Of a stretch of 64,000 nucleotides of DNA, positions 27,319 to 35,567 are shown one piece after another. The notes beneath the pieces are model-generated. The model searched no databases and had not been told where the DNA came from. It was given only the letters and a program-made list of their open reading frames with translations. Location: NCBI GenBank assembly GCA_016788665.1, contig JAEUSF010000006.1:4401-68400 (forward strand), given 5' to 3'. Each line of letters begins with the position of its first letter. Position 1 is the first letter of the stretch. This stretch comes from Candidatus Doudnabacteria bacterium. GTDB taxonomy: Bacteria; Patescibacteriota; Doudnabacteria; UBA920. Both the position numbers and the translations under genes were made by a program.

Positions 27319-27753
27319 ATGCAAAGTATTCGCGCGTTTGTACCGTGGACGTTTTTTAGAAAGCTGCATCCGTTCAATGCGGAGCTGCTGAAAAGCAACG
27401 CTATGCTTGTCAGAGCATGCGGCGCTAAACCCGCAGACGGCAGCATTTTACGGTCTAGGGGTTATTTGCTTTTTGGAAACGGAGTGGCCACACTCCTTCC
27501 TCAAGCAGAGACACTCGCACAAGGACTGAACGGCGTAAAAGGTTACGTTATGGAATTCGTCCAAAAGCGTGACCCTCGTAATGTCGCCTACTGGGAAGTC
27601 CAAATCTCAGTAGACCAGACGCGGGTCGAGCGGGATTGGAGAATTGAAGCGTCCTGCTTGCCGCCAGATTCGGACGAGGGCATCCACTTCACGCCCCTCG
27701 TCGAACAGCAAGGCAAACCCGGACAGTATTTCTACCTTACTTGCGTAGCTTAG
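27319..27753 (+). CDS. hypothetical protein, GC-rich (gene A of islet)
   Basis: ATG at 27319 with AAGGAGG at 27304-27310; 144 aa; no recognisable domain. Confidence 0.5.
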   Translation: MQSIRAFVPWTFFRKLHPFNAELLKSNAMLVRACGAKPADGSILRSRGYLLFGNGVATLLPQAETLAQGLNGVKGYVMEFVQKRDPRNVAYWEVQISVDQTRVERDWRIEASCLPPDSDEGIHFTPLVEQQGKPGQYFYLTCVA

Positions 27754-27868
27754 GGCGGACAGCAATGTTCGCTAAACCGTAACTTGGGGTTTGTTGTCCA
27801 AATGCGGCCACCTTGTGTGGCTTTCCATAATGTGACAAACCCTCCTTAACCCCAAAAGGAGATTTGTC

Positions 27869-28354
27869 GTGAGAAACTTAGTCTACGTATCCGGGGCATT
27901 GAGCGATGTCCCCTCGGCCATTCGGCCTCTGTACCTCGACTTTTACGAGTTGATCGGACGGAAAGTCGAGACTCTCGGACTTGCTTCATATGTCCCGCAC
28001 CTCAACACAGACCCGGTGCGGCACAAAAACGTAACTCCGAAACAGGTCGACCTCATCGACCGGACAGCAGTCACCTCAGCTATGCTGGTCGTAGCCGTGG
28101 CAGACAATCCGTCGCTCGGTGTCGGTATTGAGGTCGAGATGGCCTTCCATGCTAACAAGCCGGTTGTACTTCTCTGCCAACGAGAACGAATCGAGCAGCG
28201 GCTCATTAGCCGCCTAATCCGCGGCAACCCTGCAGTCATCCACGAGATTGTTTATGTGGATTTCGCCGATGCGCTCTCTTTACTTGAAACGTTCATTCTT
28301 TCATTCCTGAAAGAACAGGCGGAGAGTATTCTTCCAAAGACGCTCAAAGTCTAG
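27869..28354 (+). CDS. DNPH1/Rcl-like 2'-deoxynucleoside-5'-phosphate N-glycosidase family protein (nucleoside 2-deoxyribosyltransferase fold)
   Basis: GTG start with AAGGAG SD; VYVSGALSDV N-terminal phosphate-loop-like segment and VAVADNPSLGVGIEVEMAFHANKPVVLL..ISRLIRGN closely parallel the DNPH1 motif PSLGVGYELG..A..NK (recalled from memory, not searched). Confidence 0.6.
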   Translation: MRNLVYVSGALSDVPSAIRPLYLDFYELIGRKVETLGLASYVPHLNTDPVRHKNVTPKQVDLIDRTAVTSAMLVVAVADNPSLGVGIEVEMAFHANKPVVLLCQRERIEQRLISRLIRGNPAVIHEIVYVDFADALSLLETFILSFLKEQAESILPKTLKV

Positions 28355-28487
28355 CAATCAGGCGGTGTCGCATACAGCGATGCCGTTTTTTTTGGTAATA
28401 AATCCACGTCTCAGTTTAGCGTATTATAACTTTCTAAACTCGCCTAACACCCTAAGCTTCAAATAATTGTATATACAGCTAACACTG

Positions 28488-28540
28488 AGTAAAAATTAAA
28501 AAAACCGCGGGGCAGACTGGTTGGTCTGCTCCGCGGCTGG
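28488..28540 (-). terminator. rho-independent terminator for the secreted beta-helix-like gene
   Basis: CCGCGGAGCAGACC..GGTCTGCCCCGCGG hairpin followed by a U-run on the minus strand. Confidence 0.6.
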
Positions 28541-28551
28541 ATTACTTCTTG

Positions 28552-29808
28552 TTATTGGTTGCCGTACAGCTTCGCTTCACACTCCACCTTACCGGTAGAA
28601 GCCGCGTTGGTTTGCGCGGTAAACTTAACGGTAAAGCCGGTGTAAGTCTTGTTGCTAAACGACACCGAAGGCGCTGCGTAGCCTGCAAACTCCTGCACGC
28701 CACACCCCGACAGCGAGTAGTTGGCTACCCCCGGGAGAAAAGGCGTGAGGAAATTGACCACGTAGGTGCAGGTGGATCCTGCGACTGCCGCGGTCGTACA
28801 GTTACTCTGCGGGTCGGCGGCGGTAACCATACGCACGCTACTAAGTTTGGTTAGAACCCCGGTAGCCGTGCGTGTGTTGATGATGCTGCAATCCTTACAG
28901 GGCGTAACGCCGTCAGGACTTGAACCATTCGAGATGGTTGTGTTGTAAGCGGGAGTTTCCCCATTAGGACCCGCCGTATCTTCCGCAACAACGCCGCCAG
29001 CTCCGTTTCCGGAAGTCTGGACTCCATCCACAACGTGGTCAAGCCCTCGCAAACTCAGCCCCCTACTTCCATTCGTAACCCTGAGGCTGCGAAATGTGAA
29101 ATAGGTTGAACCCATAACGTAAGCACCGTAACCACTTCCGGAGAGGTTTATGTAACCTCCCCACACGTTTACGCGCACAAAGTTAGAGTTCGAAGACGGA
29201 TTTGATGGCACCGTTACCAACCCGTAGGTGAACACTCCGGTCCACACAACCTCGTGTAGGTCAATATCGCCGGTATAGCAAGGAGCGCTACCACCCTCCA
29301 CCGTGCAGAGCCCAGCAGGGCTCCAATAGGTATTCTTAAGCACCAAGCCATCGGTGCGGTAGCGGGTAGTATTTCTGTTCGCGAATATCACGTTCCGGAG
29401 TTTCGCCCGGATCATGTTGTCGAGCACCACAGCATTCGCAGTGTTACTGTTTGAGGTAGTCAAGTCGAAGATGATATCCTCGAACTGCACCCCGTAGGAA
29501 AACATGCCCGGAAAGCCCATTGTGAAGATGGTGCTGCAACCATTGCAGCTGAGCCTTACCATCCCGCCGTTCTTGGGCCGAAACCGCACAACCACCTCTG
29601 AGGGAATGGTATTCCAAAGCCCGACCGAGATTTTACAATCGGACTCGAACAGAACCTCGCCTCCCCCAGACAAGACAATCAGGGGGTAATTCTGTTGCAG
29701 CGACAACGACGCAGTACCATCTGCGCATGACGCTGCGGTTACCACGTAGCTTGTGGCAGCCTGTGTACTGGCTACGAGAGCCAGAAACAGGACAAGAAGT
29801 CTAAACAT
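28552..29808 (-). CDS. secreted Cys-containing Gly/Ser/Thr/Asn-rich protein, possible right-handed beta-helix; GC-rich
   Basis: ATG at 29808 with AAGGAGGAG SD; signal peptide MFRLLVLFLALVASTQA; repetitive N/G/S/T-rich segments typical of beta-helix adhesin/lyase folds; fold not proven. Confidence 0.55.
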   Translation of the reverse strand: MFRLLVLFLALVASTQAATSYVVTAASCADGTASLSLQQNYPLIVLSGGGEVLFESDCKISVGLWNTIPSEVVVRFRPKNGGMVRLSCNGCSTIFTMGFPGMFSYGVQFEDIIFDLTTSNSNTANAVVLDNMIRAKLRNVIFANRNTTRYRTDGLVLKNTYWSPAGLCTVEGGSAPCYTGDIDLHEVVWTGVFTYGLVTVPSNPSSNSNFVRVNVWGGYINLSGSGYGAYVMGSTYFTFRSLRVTNGSRGLSLRGLDHVVDGVQTSGNGAGGVVAEDTAGPNGETPAYNTTISNGSSPDGVTPCKDCSIINTRTATGVLTKLSSVRMVTAADPQSNCTTAAVAGSTCTYVVNFLTPFLPGVANYSLSGCGVQEFAGYAAPSVSFSNKTYTGFTVKFTAQTNAASTGKVECEAKLYGNQ

Positions 29809-30246
29809 TAACTCCTCCTTATGGGAGCTAGTGCCCGCACCTATAGCAAGGCGCAGATTTCCGAAATTATGACAGATTCCAGAGTGCACATTGAGGTCTC
29901 AGCGCAAATGACAAGCGCTTTATTTTGACCAGTGCCCGTTGGCACCTCTGTTGGCACAGAGGGTAATTATATTAAATATTCATTAAATTGTAAATAGTGC
30001 CCATATCCTAGCGGACAATTTACGCGAATTACCCACTAGGAAAATACTATAAATTAACTATACATGTAATAGCTTTTTAAAAGGTTGTTTGGTATTATTA
30101 CTAAAGTTAATAACAACTTTAGAATACCTTTTTAAACAAAAAATGTGTAATAAAATTACTAATGTAAAATAATTTTTAATATATTTATATTCTAAACATA
30201 AGCAAAACAATTTTATTTCATAATATACTTAGTTCAATACTCCCAT

Positions 30247-30636
30247 ATGACCAAAGACATAAAACAATACAATTCAAAACTAAAGGGCGAGGACAAAAAG
30301 ATTTGTAATATATTAGTAAAAGAAATATATGCAAATTTAAAAGAAGCGGAAAGCAAAGTCTGGCACGGGCATCCGGTGTGGTTTTTGGACGGAAACCCTA
30401 TAGTTGGCTACGGAAAGCTTAAGGCTTCAGTGCAATTGCTTTTCTGGAGCGGACAGACGTTTAAAGAAAAAGGGCTTAAGCCTGAAGGCAGTTTTAAAGC
30501 TGCCGAGGTACGCTATACTAAAGCAGAAGAAATAAGCACTACACACTTAACCAAGTGGTTAAAAAAAGCGAAAAAAATTCAATGGGATTATCAAAATATA
30601 GTCAAAAGAAAAGGTAAGCTAATTCGACTAAAATAA
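30247..30636 (+). CDS. DUF1801 (YdhG-like) domain protein
   Basis: ..VWHGHPVWFLDGNPIVGYGKLKASVQLLFWSGQTF.. matches the DUF1801 family; native AT-rich composition; bidirectional terminator 30643-30677. Confidence 0.6.
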   Translation: MTKDIKQYNSKLKGEDKKICNILVKEIYANLKEAESKVWHGHPVWFLDGNPIVGYGKLKASVQLLFWSGQTFKEKGLKPEGSFKAAEVRYTKAEEISTTHLTKWLKKAKKIQWDYQNIVKRKGKLIRLK

Positions 30637-30770
30637 CCTTGTTTACAAAACGCCTCTATGCCCATAGAGGCGTTTTGTATTTGTATGTATTAGCCTTCTA
30701 AATTTTTTTAGTTTATAATCTTAACATAGCGGGAAGTTGCCGCTCATCTTACCATGGTTCCAGGAGGACT

Positions 30771-31112
30771 ATGCTTCGCGCCAAAATCGCATTGGCCGCA
30801 ATGGCGGCCATGTCACTTGGTCTCTCAGCTCCCGCTGTTGAGACAACCCCCGAGCTCATTCCCGAGCTCGGAAAACAACAGCCCAAGTTCGCACCCGCTA
30901 CGGTCGAAGACGATACGGTCTGCGCCGTCGCCTACCAAGACGGCCCCAACCAAATTTTGGCACGTGAAAAAGACGTGCCGAAAGGGGCGAAGATTGTGGC
31001 AGTGTACACGGCCACAAAAAAAGAGTGCGCGCGCCTGGGACGACTCCCAAGCGTCAAAGCGCAAAAACGGGGTACGGTCATTCACTTTACAGCCCCCGCC
31101 CAGCCAAAGTAG
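30771..31112 (+). CDS. small secreted protein, GC-rich
   Basis: AGGAGG 5 nt upstream; signal peptide MLRAKIALAAMAAMSLGLSAPA; own terminator 31112-31137. Confidence 0.55.
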   Translation: MLRAKIALAAMAAMSLGLSAPAVETTPELIPELGKQQPKFAPATVEDDTVCAVAYQDGPNQILAREKDVPKGAKIVAVYTATKKECARLGRLPSVKAQKRGTVIHFTAPAQPK

Positions 31113-31195
31113 AGCACCTTGCTCTACTATTTTTTTGACCCTTTTTGTTTTTCTATTTATAATTCTCACACCAAGTTTAAGCCAGAGGAGGCCGA

Positions 31196-31612
31196 ATGCT
31201 GAGAATTCTGATTGTTCTATATTTCCTTTCTTGGGGCACATTCGAAGCCGCTGTGTGGCACCAAGAAGAAGTGGCGTCCGTAAAAACCCAAGGCCAAACC
31301 AAAAGCAAAGTGATCTTCCCCAGAGTCACGCTCGGAGAAAACTACCAAAGCGAAGTCGCTGTTATAAACACTTCACAAGCTGTTGGCTCATGTAGCCTGT
31401 CGGAGTACAGCCCAGAGCTATCACGGGTAGTGCGGGTAAGCCACACGCCAGTCATTGGCCCAGGAAAGCAGTTTAGTCTTCGGCTTGTGCCTGTCAAAAG
31501 CTTACAAAAGGCGTACATTGTAATAATTGCCAATTGTAACTTTGCAAGCACGGGCGTGCTCACAACGACTAACCTTCAAAAAAAACTCGCCACTGTAGAA
31601 CTGGCCTACTAA
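31196..31612 (+). CDS. small secreted protein, GC-rich (paralog pair with 31696)
   Basis: TTGACC-17-TATAAT promoter at about 31127-31155, GAGGAGG SD, signal peptide; shares the FP..x..S..N....C motif with the next gene. Confidence 0.55.
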   Translation: MLRILIVLYFLSWGTFEAAVWHQEEVASVKTQGQTKSKVIFPRVTLGENYQSEVAVINTSQAVGSCSLSEYSPELSRVVRVSHTPVIGPGKQFSLRLVPVKSLQKAYIVIIANCNFASTGVLTTTNLQKKLATVELAY

Positions 31613-31695
31613 AAGCACCTAAAGTTTCGGGTGCTTATTTTATTGACGAAAATGCTTTTATAAAGTAAGCTTTCAAGTTAACAAGGAGAGACGAA

Positions 31696-32124
31696 ATGAA
31701 GAAAGTAACAGGACTGTTTTGGGTCCTATTTTGGCTCTTTCTAATGACCAATGTTGTGGGTTTCTTGCGGAGCAACCTGTCTGAGTACACCGTGGTCAGA
31801 AAAAACTCAAAGAAAAAACGGGTTAAACTGGTATTTCCGAGCCTTAGCCAGGCGGAAAGCTACATGTCTACAATATGGCTCACCAACTACGGCAGAGCCA
31901 CCGCAAAGTGCCAAACGGACTACTACCTGGCCCACGGAAACGGGGAAAGATACTGGAGAGTGACCTCTACAATCTCCCCCCACTTCACCCACGTAGAGCC
32001 TCCTCCAGGCTATTCCGCCAAACAAACCGAGTACTCGGCCGTTTCTACGTGCGATGCCGGAGTTAGAGGCTACGCCATAGTCTACGGACCCAGTGGCGCC
32101 GTAGCTCTGTACGACGCCAAATAG
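31696..32124 (+). CDS. small secreted protein, GC-rich (paralog of 31196)
   Basis: AAGGAGAG SD, signal peptide MKKVTGLFWVLFWLFLMTNVVG; LVFPSLSQAESYMSTIWLTNYGRATAKC aligns with VIFPRVTLGENYQSEVAVINTSQAVGSC of the previous gene. Confidence 0.55.
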   Translation: MKKVTGLFWVLFWLFLMTNVVGFLRSNLSEYTVVRKNSKKKRVKLVFPSLSQAESYMSTIWLTNYGRATAKCQTDYYLAHGNGERYWRVTSTISPHFTHVEPPPGYSAKQTEYSAVSTCDAGVRGYAIVYGPSGAVALYDAK

Positions 32125-32215
32125 ACCGCCCCACCAAAGCAGATTTCTCTGCTTTTTTTATTTTTCCCAAATTATATAAAGTGCTATAATTAAGCATTAT
32201 TAAACATAAAATTTC

Positions 32216-33307
32216 ATGATAATTGTAGGCTTCCTTAGCTTTGTCCAGCTAACCCTGTTTTTCGGACATTTCATAGTGTATAAAACTTTTGTTAAATTTT
32301 TTCAAATTACCCATCCACAAAATCTTTTATACACACGCTTGGTTTTCCTTTTGCTTTCTATAAGTTTTTTGGTAGCCTCTGCACTTGCTTACAAGTTTTA
32401 TGGCAGTTTTGGCCGCACAGCATACGCCAGCGCAGCGGTATGGCTTGGAACTTTGTATTGGTTAGTCTGGGCAAGCCTTTTTGCCTGGATACTCTATTTC
32501 CTTCTCCCCCACTCCATCTCGCTCAAACTTGGTCAAAGTTTGTTTATTTTAGCCTTGTTAGTCAGCGCCTACGGTGTTTGGAATTCTTACCAAACCAAAG
32601 TTAAACATATAACCATCACAATTCCTAACTTACCATCTGAATGGCAGGGTAAAAAAGCAGTCCTTGTTTCCGACACTCACTTAGGCAACGTAAGAAGCTT
32701 AAATTTTTCAAAGCGGATAGCTGAACTAGTTAGCGCTCAAAATCCGGACATAGTATTGGTGCCTGGTGATTTTTACGACGGACCTCCCGCTAATTACGAG
32801 GAACTTGCCGAGCCTTTCGGAAAAATAAAATCGACCTATGGTGTTTATTTTGCTGCCGGCAACCACGAGGAGTTTGGCGATGCGGGACCTTTGTTGTCAG
32901 CCATAGCTAAATCCGGTGTTAAAGTTTTAAACAACCAAATAGAAAACGTAAATGGCCTGCAAATTATTGGAGTAGGTTACGGAGCCACTGTAAATAAGAC
33001 TTCGGAAAAAAGTATATTAGACGGATTAAACATAAACCGCGACCTTCCCAGCATCCTTCTTAAACATGCGCCTACGAACATAGAAACCGCAGAAGCTGCC
33101 GGAATCTCCCTGCAAGTTTCCGGACATACCCATTTAGGCCAAGTTTACCCGTTTAGATATTTAACTAAAAAAATCTACGGAAAGTTCCACTATGGAGCTT
33201 CGGCTTTAAACAACACGCAGGTCGTAACCACCAGTGGAGTCGGCACTTGGGGCCCGCCGCAAAGAGTCGGCACCAATTCAGAAATAGTTGTTATAACTTT
33301 TAGGTAA
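32216..33307 (+). CDS. membrane-anchored metallophosphoesterase (calcineurin-like)
   Basis: N-terminal TM helices; VSDTHLG, GDFYDG, GNHE, GHTHLGQ metallophosphatase motifs. Confidence 0.85.
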   Translation: MIIVGFLSFVQLTLFFGHFIVYKTFVKFFQITHPQNLLYTRLVFLLLSISFLVASALAYKFYGSFGRTAYASAAVWLGTLYWLVWASLFAWILYFLLPHSISLKLGQSLFILALLVSAYGVWNSYQTKVKHITITIPNLPSEWQGKKAVLVSDTHLGNVRSLNFSKRIAELVSAQNPDIVLVPGDFYDGPPANYEELAEPFGKIKSTYGVYFAAGNHEEFGDAGPLLSAIAKSGVKVLNNQIENVNGLQIIGVGYGATVNKTSEKSILDGLNINRDLPSILLKHAPTNIETAEAAGISLQVSGHTHLGQVYPFRYLTKKIYGKFHYGASALNNTQVVTTSGVGTWGPPQRVGTNSEIVVITFR

Positions 33308-34182
33308 TGACCGAAACAAAAAAAGGCGAATCTTATATTTTGGCAGAAACCCTGCTCTGGAGCTTGTTCCCGGTAATTACAGTTATATCTTTAAACCAAC
33401 TAAGGCCAATGTTTTCATTGGCCTTAAGCTCTTTTTTTGCTGCTATTTTTTTTGCTTGTGTAATTACTTATAAAAAACTTTGGCATGAACTCAAAGAGAG
33501 AAAAGCACTTTGGGACGTACTGTGGGGAACCTTGCTTTTAGGAATAATATATTACTTACTTCAATTCGCCGGATTGTCGCTCTCCACCCCAGGAAACGCT
33601 GCCCTCGTTTCGCAAATGGAAATACTTTTTAGTTTTTTATTGTTCAATGTGTGGAAAAAAGAACGCATAGATTTTTTGCACCTCACTGGCTCTGGCTTAA
33701 TGCTAATGGGTGCCGCTGTCGTGCTCTTACCCAAAGGTTCCGGCGTTGCCTTAGGCGACCTACTCATATTAATTTCAGCTGCCGTAGCTCCGTTTGGCAA
33801 CCTGTTCCAAGGCCGCGCAAGGAAACAAATTAGCAGCTATACCATAATGTTTCTGCGCAACGCAATAAGTTTTCCGGTCATACTTTTTATTGCTTTTTTG
33901 CTTGGACAAACGCACAGCGAAGTCAACACTTTCAAATCTTTATGGCCAGTTATTATTAACGGCATTTTTCTTCTAGGCATCTCAAAAATATTATGGCTGG
34001 AAGCAATTCACCGCATTCCGGTAGTAAAAGCAAACGCTTTCAACTGCATAGGACCTGCCTTCACTCTAATTTATGCTTATTTGCTTTTGGGTCAGCGCCC
34101 GAATGCCTTTCAAATTTTTTCCTTAGTACCAATATCGATAGGTATATATTTGCTTACCCGACCAGCCAAACAAACTCCATAA
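33307..34182 (+). CDS. DMT superfamily (EamA-like) transporter
   Basis: About 10 TM helices in two repeats typical of EamA; overlaps the upstream stop (ATGA). Confidence 0.7.
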   Translation: MTETKKGESYILAETLLWSLFPVITVISLNQLRPMFSLALSSFFAAIFFACVITYKKLWHELKERKALWDVLWGTLLLGIIYYLLQFAGLSLSTPGNAALVSQMEILFSFLLFNVWKKERIDFLHLTGSGLMLMGAAVVLLPKGSGVALGDLLILISAAVAPFGNLFQGRARKQISSYTIMFLRNAISFPVILFIAFLLGQTHSEVNTFKSLWPVIINGIFLLGISKILWLEAIHRIPVVKANAFNCIGPAFTLIYAYLLLGQRPNAFQIFSLVPISIGIYLLTRPAKQTP

Positions 34183-34315
34183 ATTAAACGAGTAATACAA
34201 ACCAAATAGCCGCTTACCAATCTTCCCTGGGAAGATTTTTTATTTAATTACTTCTTAAGTTTTTTTAGCTATGGTGTACTTAGTCAATAAAATTTTAAAC
34301 TAATTGCACAAACTT

Positions 34316-35035
34316 ATGCCACAAAATTACAAGAAAGACTTAAGTCCGCCCAAAAAAACACTAACCCAACAACAGCTCGAACTTATTCGTAATACCGTAG
34401 CCAAAGGTGCCACGCCTGACGAGCTAAAACTGTTTTTAATAGTAGCCAACAGAGCCGGTCTCGACCCTTTTACAAGACAAATACACTTTGTAAAGAGGGG
34501 TGGCAGAGCCACAGTACAGACTGGTATAGACGGCTATAGAGCCATAGCAGAAAGAAGCGGGAGCCTGGCGGGCATAGAAGACGCATTATACGACGCCGAA
34601 GACCAAGTCCACCCGAACAAAGCCACGGTGACAGTTTATAGAATGGTGAGTGGGCAAAGAGTTCCGTTTAGTGCTTCTGCCAGATGGGATGAATACGTGC
34701 CCCAAAGCGGACAAGACTTTATGTGGCGGAAAATGCCCTACTTTATGCTCGGTAAAGTTGCGGAAGCATTAGCTTTAAGAAAAGCATTCCCAAACGACTT
34801 AAGCGGACTTTACATTCACGAGGAAATGCAACGTGACGACAACAGTACGGAAAATGATTCAGAAGCGCTAATAAATCACAACAGCACCTCTCAAGAAAAA
34901 GAAAGTTCTTTAGACCCCACATTAACTGCCGCAAAAGATTACTCAAAAAAATTCTGGTCCCGCGCCGAACAACAAACACCTGCCTCAGAAAAACAAGCGC
35001 CTGTTTACCAAAAAGAAGCACTAGACGAGCCCTAA
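34316..35035 (+). CDS. recT: RecT/Bet-family phage single-strand annealing recombinase
   Basis: LTQQQLELIRNTVAKGATPDELKLFLIVANRAGLDPFTRQIHFVKRGGRATVQTGIDGYRAIAERSG is a textbook RecT (PF03837) core; track start is TTG, ATG at 34316. Confidence 0.8.
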   Translation: MPQNYKKDLSPPKKTLTQQQLELIRNTVAKGATPDELKLFLIVANRAGLDPFTRQIHFVKRGGRATVQTGIDGYRAIAERSGSLAGIEDALYDAEDQVHPNKATVTVYRMVSGQRVPFSASARWDEYVPQSGQDFMWRKMPYFMLGKVAEALALRKAFPNDLSGLYIHEEMQRDDNSTENDSEALINHNSTSQEKESSLDPTLTAAKDYSKKFWSRAEQQTPASEKQAPVYQKEALDEP

Positions 35036-35077
35036 AAAAAGCTTGTAAAGAGTAAGGGTTAACAAAACAACAAAGCA

Positions 35078-35117
35078 GCAAAATACCTCAATACTAGCTA
35101 GTATTAAGGTATTTTGC
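35078..35117. repeat. 40-nt palindrome, copy 2 (39 of 40 palindromic)
   Basis: GCAAAATACCTCAATACTAGCTAGTATTAAGGTATTTTGC; the single mismatch is at 35106. Confidence 0.9.
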
Positions 35118-35177
35118 TAAATAACACGCAGTGACAGACTAATGGATACATGCTAAAATTCTCTGCAAGGAGGCCGC

Positions 35178-35555
35178 ATGCTTGTACTTCTAGCACTGGT
35201 CACGACGATTTTCGCCGCTGAACCCACGCAAAAAAATCTAGACGCGAGTCCAGGCTTCGTCTGGGGCTACATAGCCCGCGAAGTTAGTTGGATAACGCGG
35301 TCAGAAAGCGGGTACCTGGAACTCGTTCGTGCAGACTTGGTCTGCACCGACAAAACCGAGCGGCGCTGTGCTGCTCTTAGGCAGTACCTTATTCCACTGC
35401 CGAAGACCAACTACATGATATTTACGAAAAAGGACTTCCCACTGGGAAGTCCGAAACAACCCCGCGACGAAAACCCTGCGAGGTTAGTAAGTCCGGGGGT
35501 TGTAATCCCCCTGCTTCAAAAGCTCCAACAAGAGCCCGGGCATTCTAATCAATAG
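35178..35555 (+). CDS. small secreted protein, GC-rich
   Basis: AAGGAGG SD, signal peptide MLVLLALVTTIFAAEP; terminator hairpin about 35528-35578. Confidence 0.55.
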   Translation: MLVLLALVTTIFAAEPTQKNLDASPGFVWGYIAREVSWITRSESGYLELVRADLVCTDKTERRCAALRQYLIPLPKTNYMIFTKKDFPLGSPKQPRDENPARLVSPGVVIPLLQKLQQEPGHSNQ

Positions 35556-35567
35556 AAATGCCAGGGC

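Noticed and set aside
30754-31395. 213-aa track ORF bridging two secreted-protein genes
   Set aside because: Runs across the terminator, promoter and SD of the 30771 and 31196 genes in a different frame; it is an artefact of the high GC content, which suppresses stop codons.
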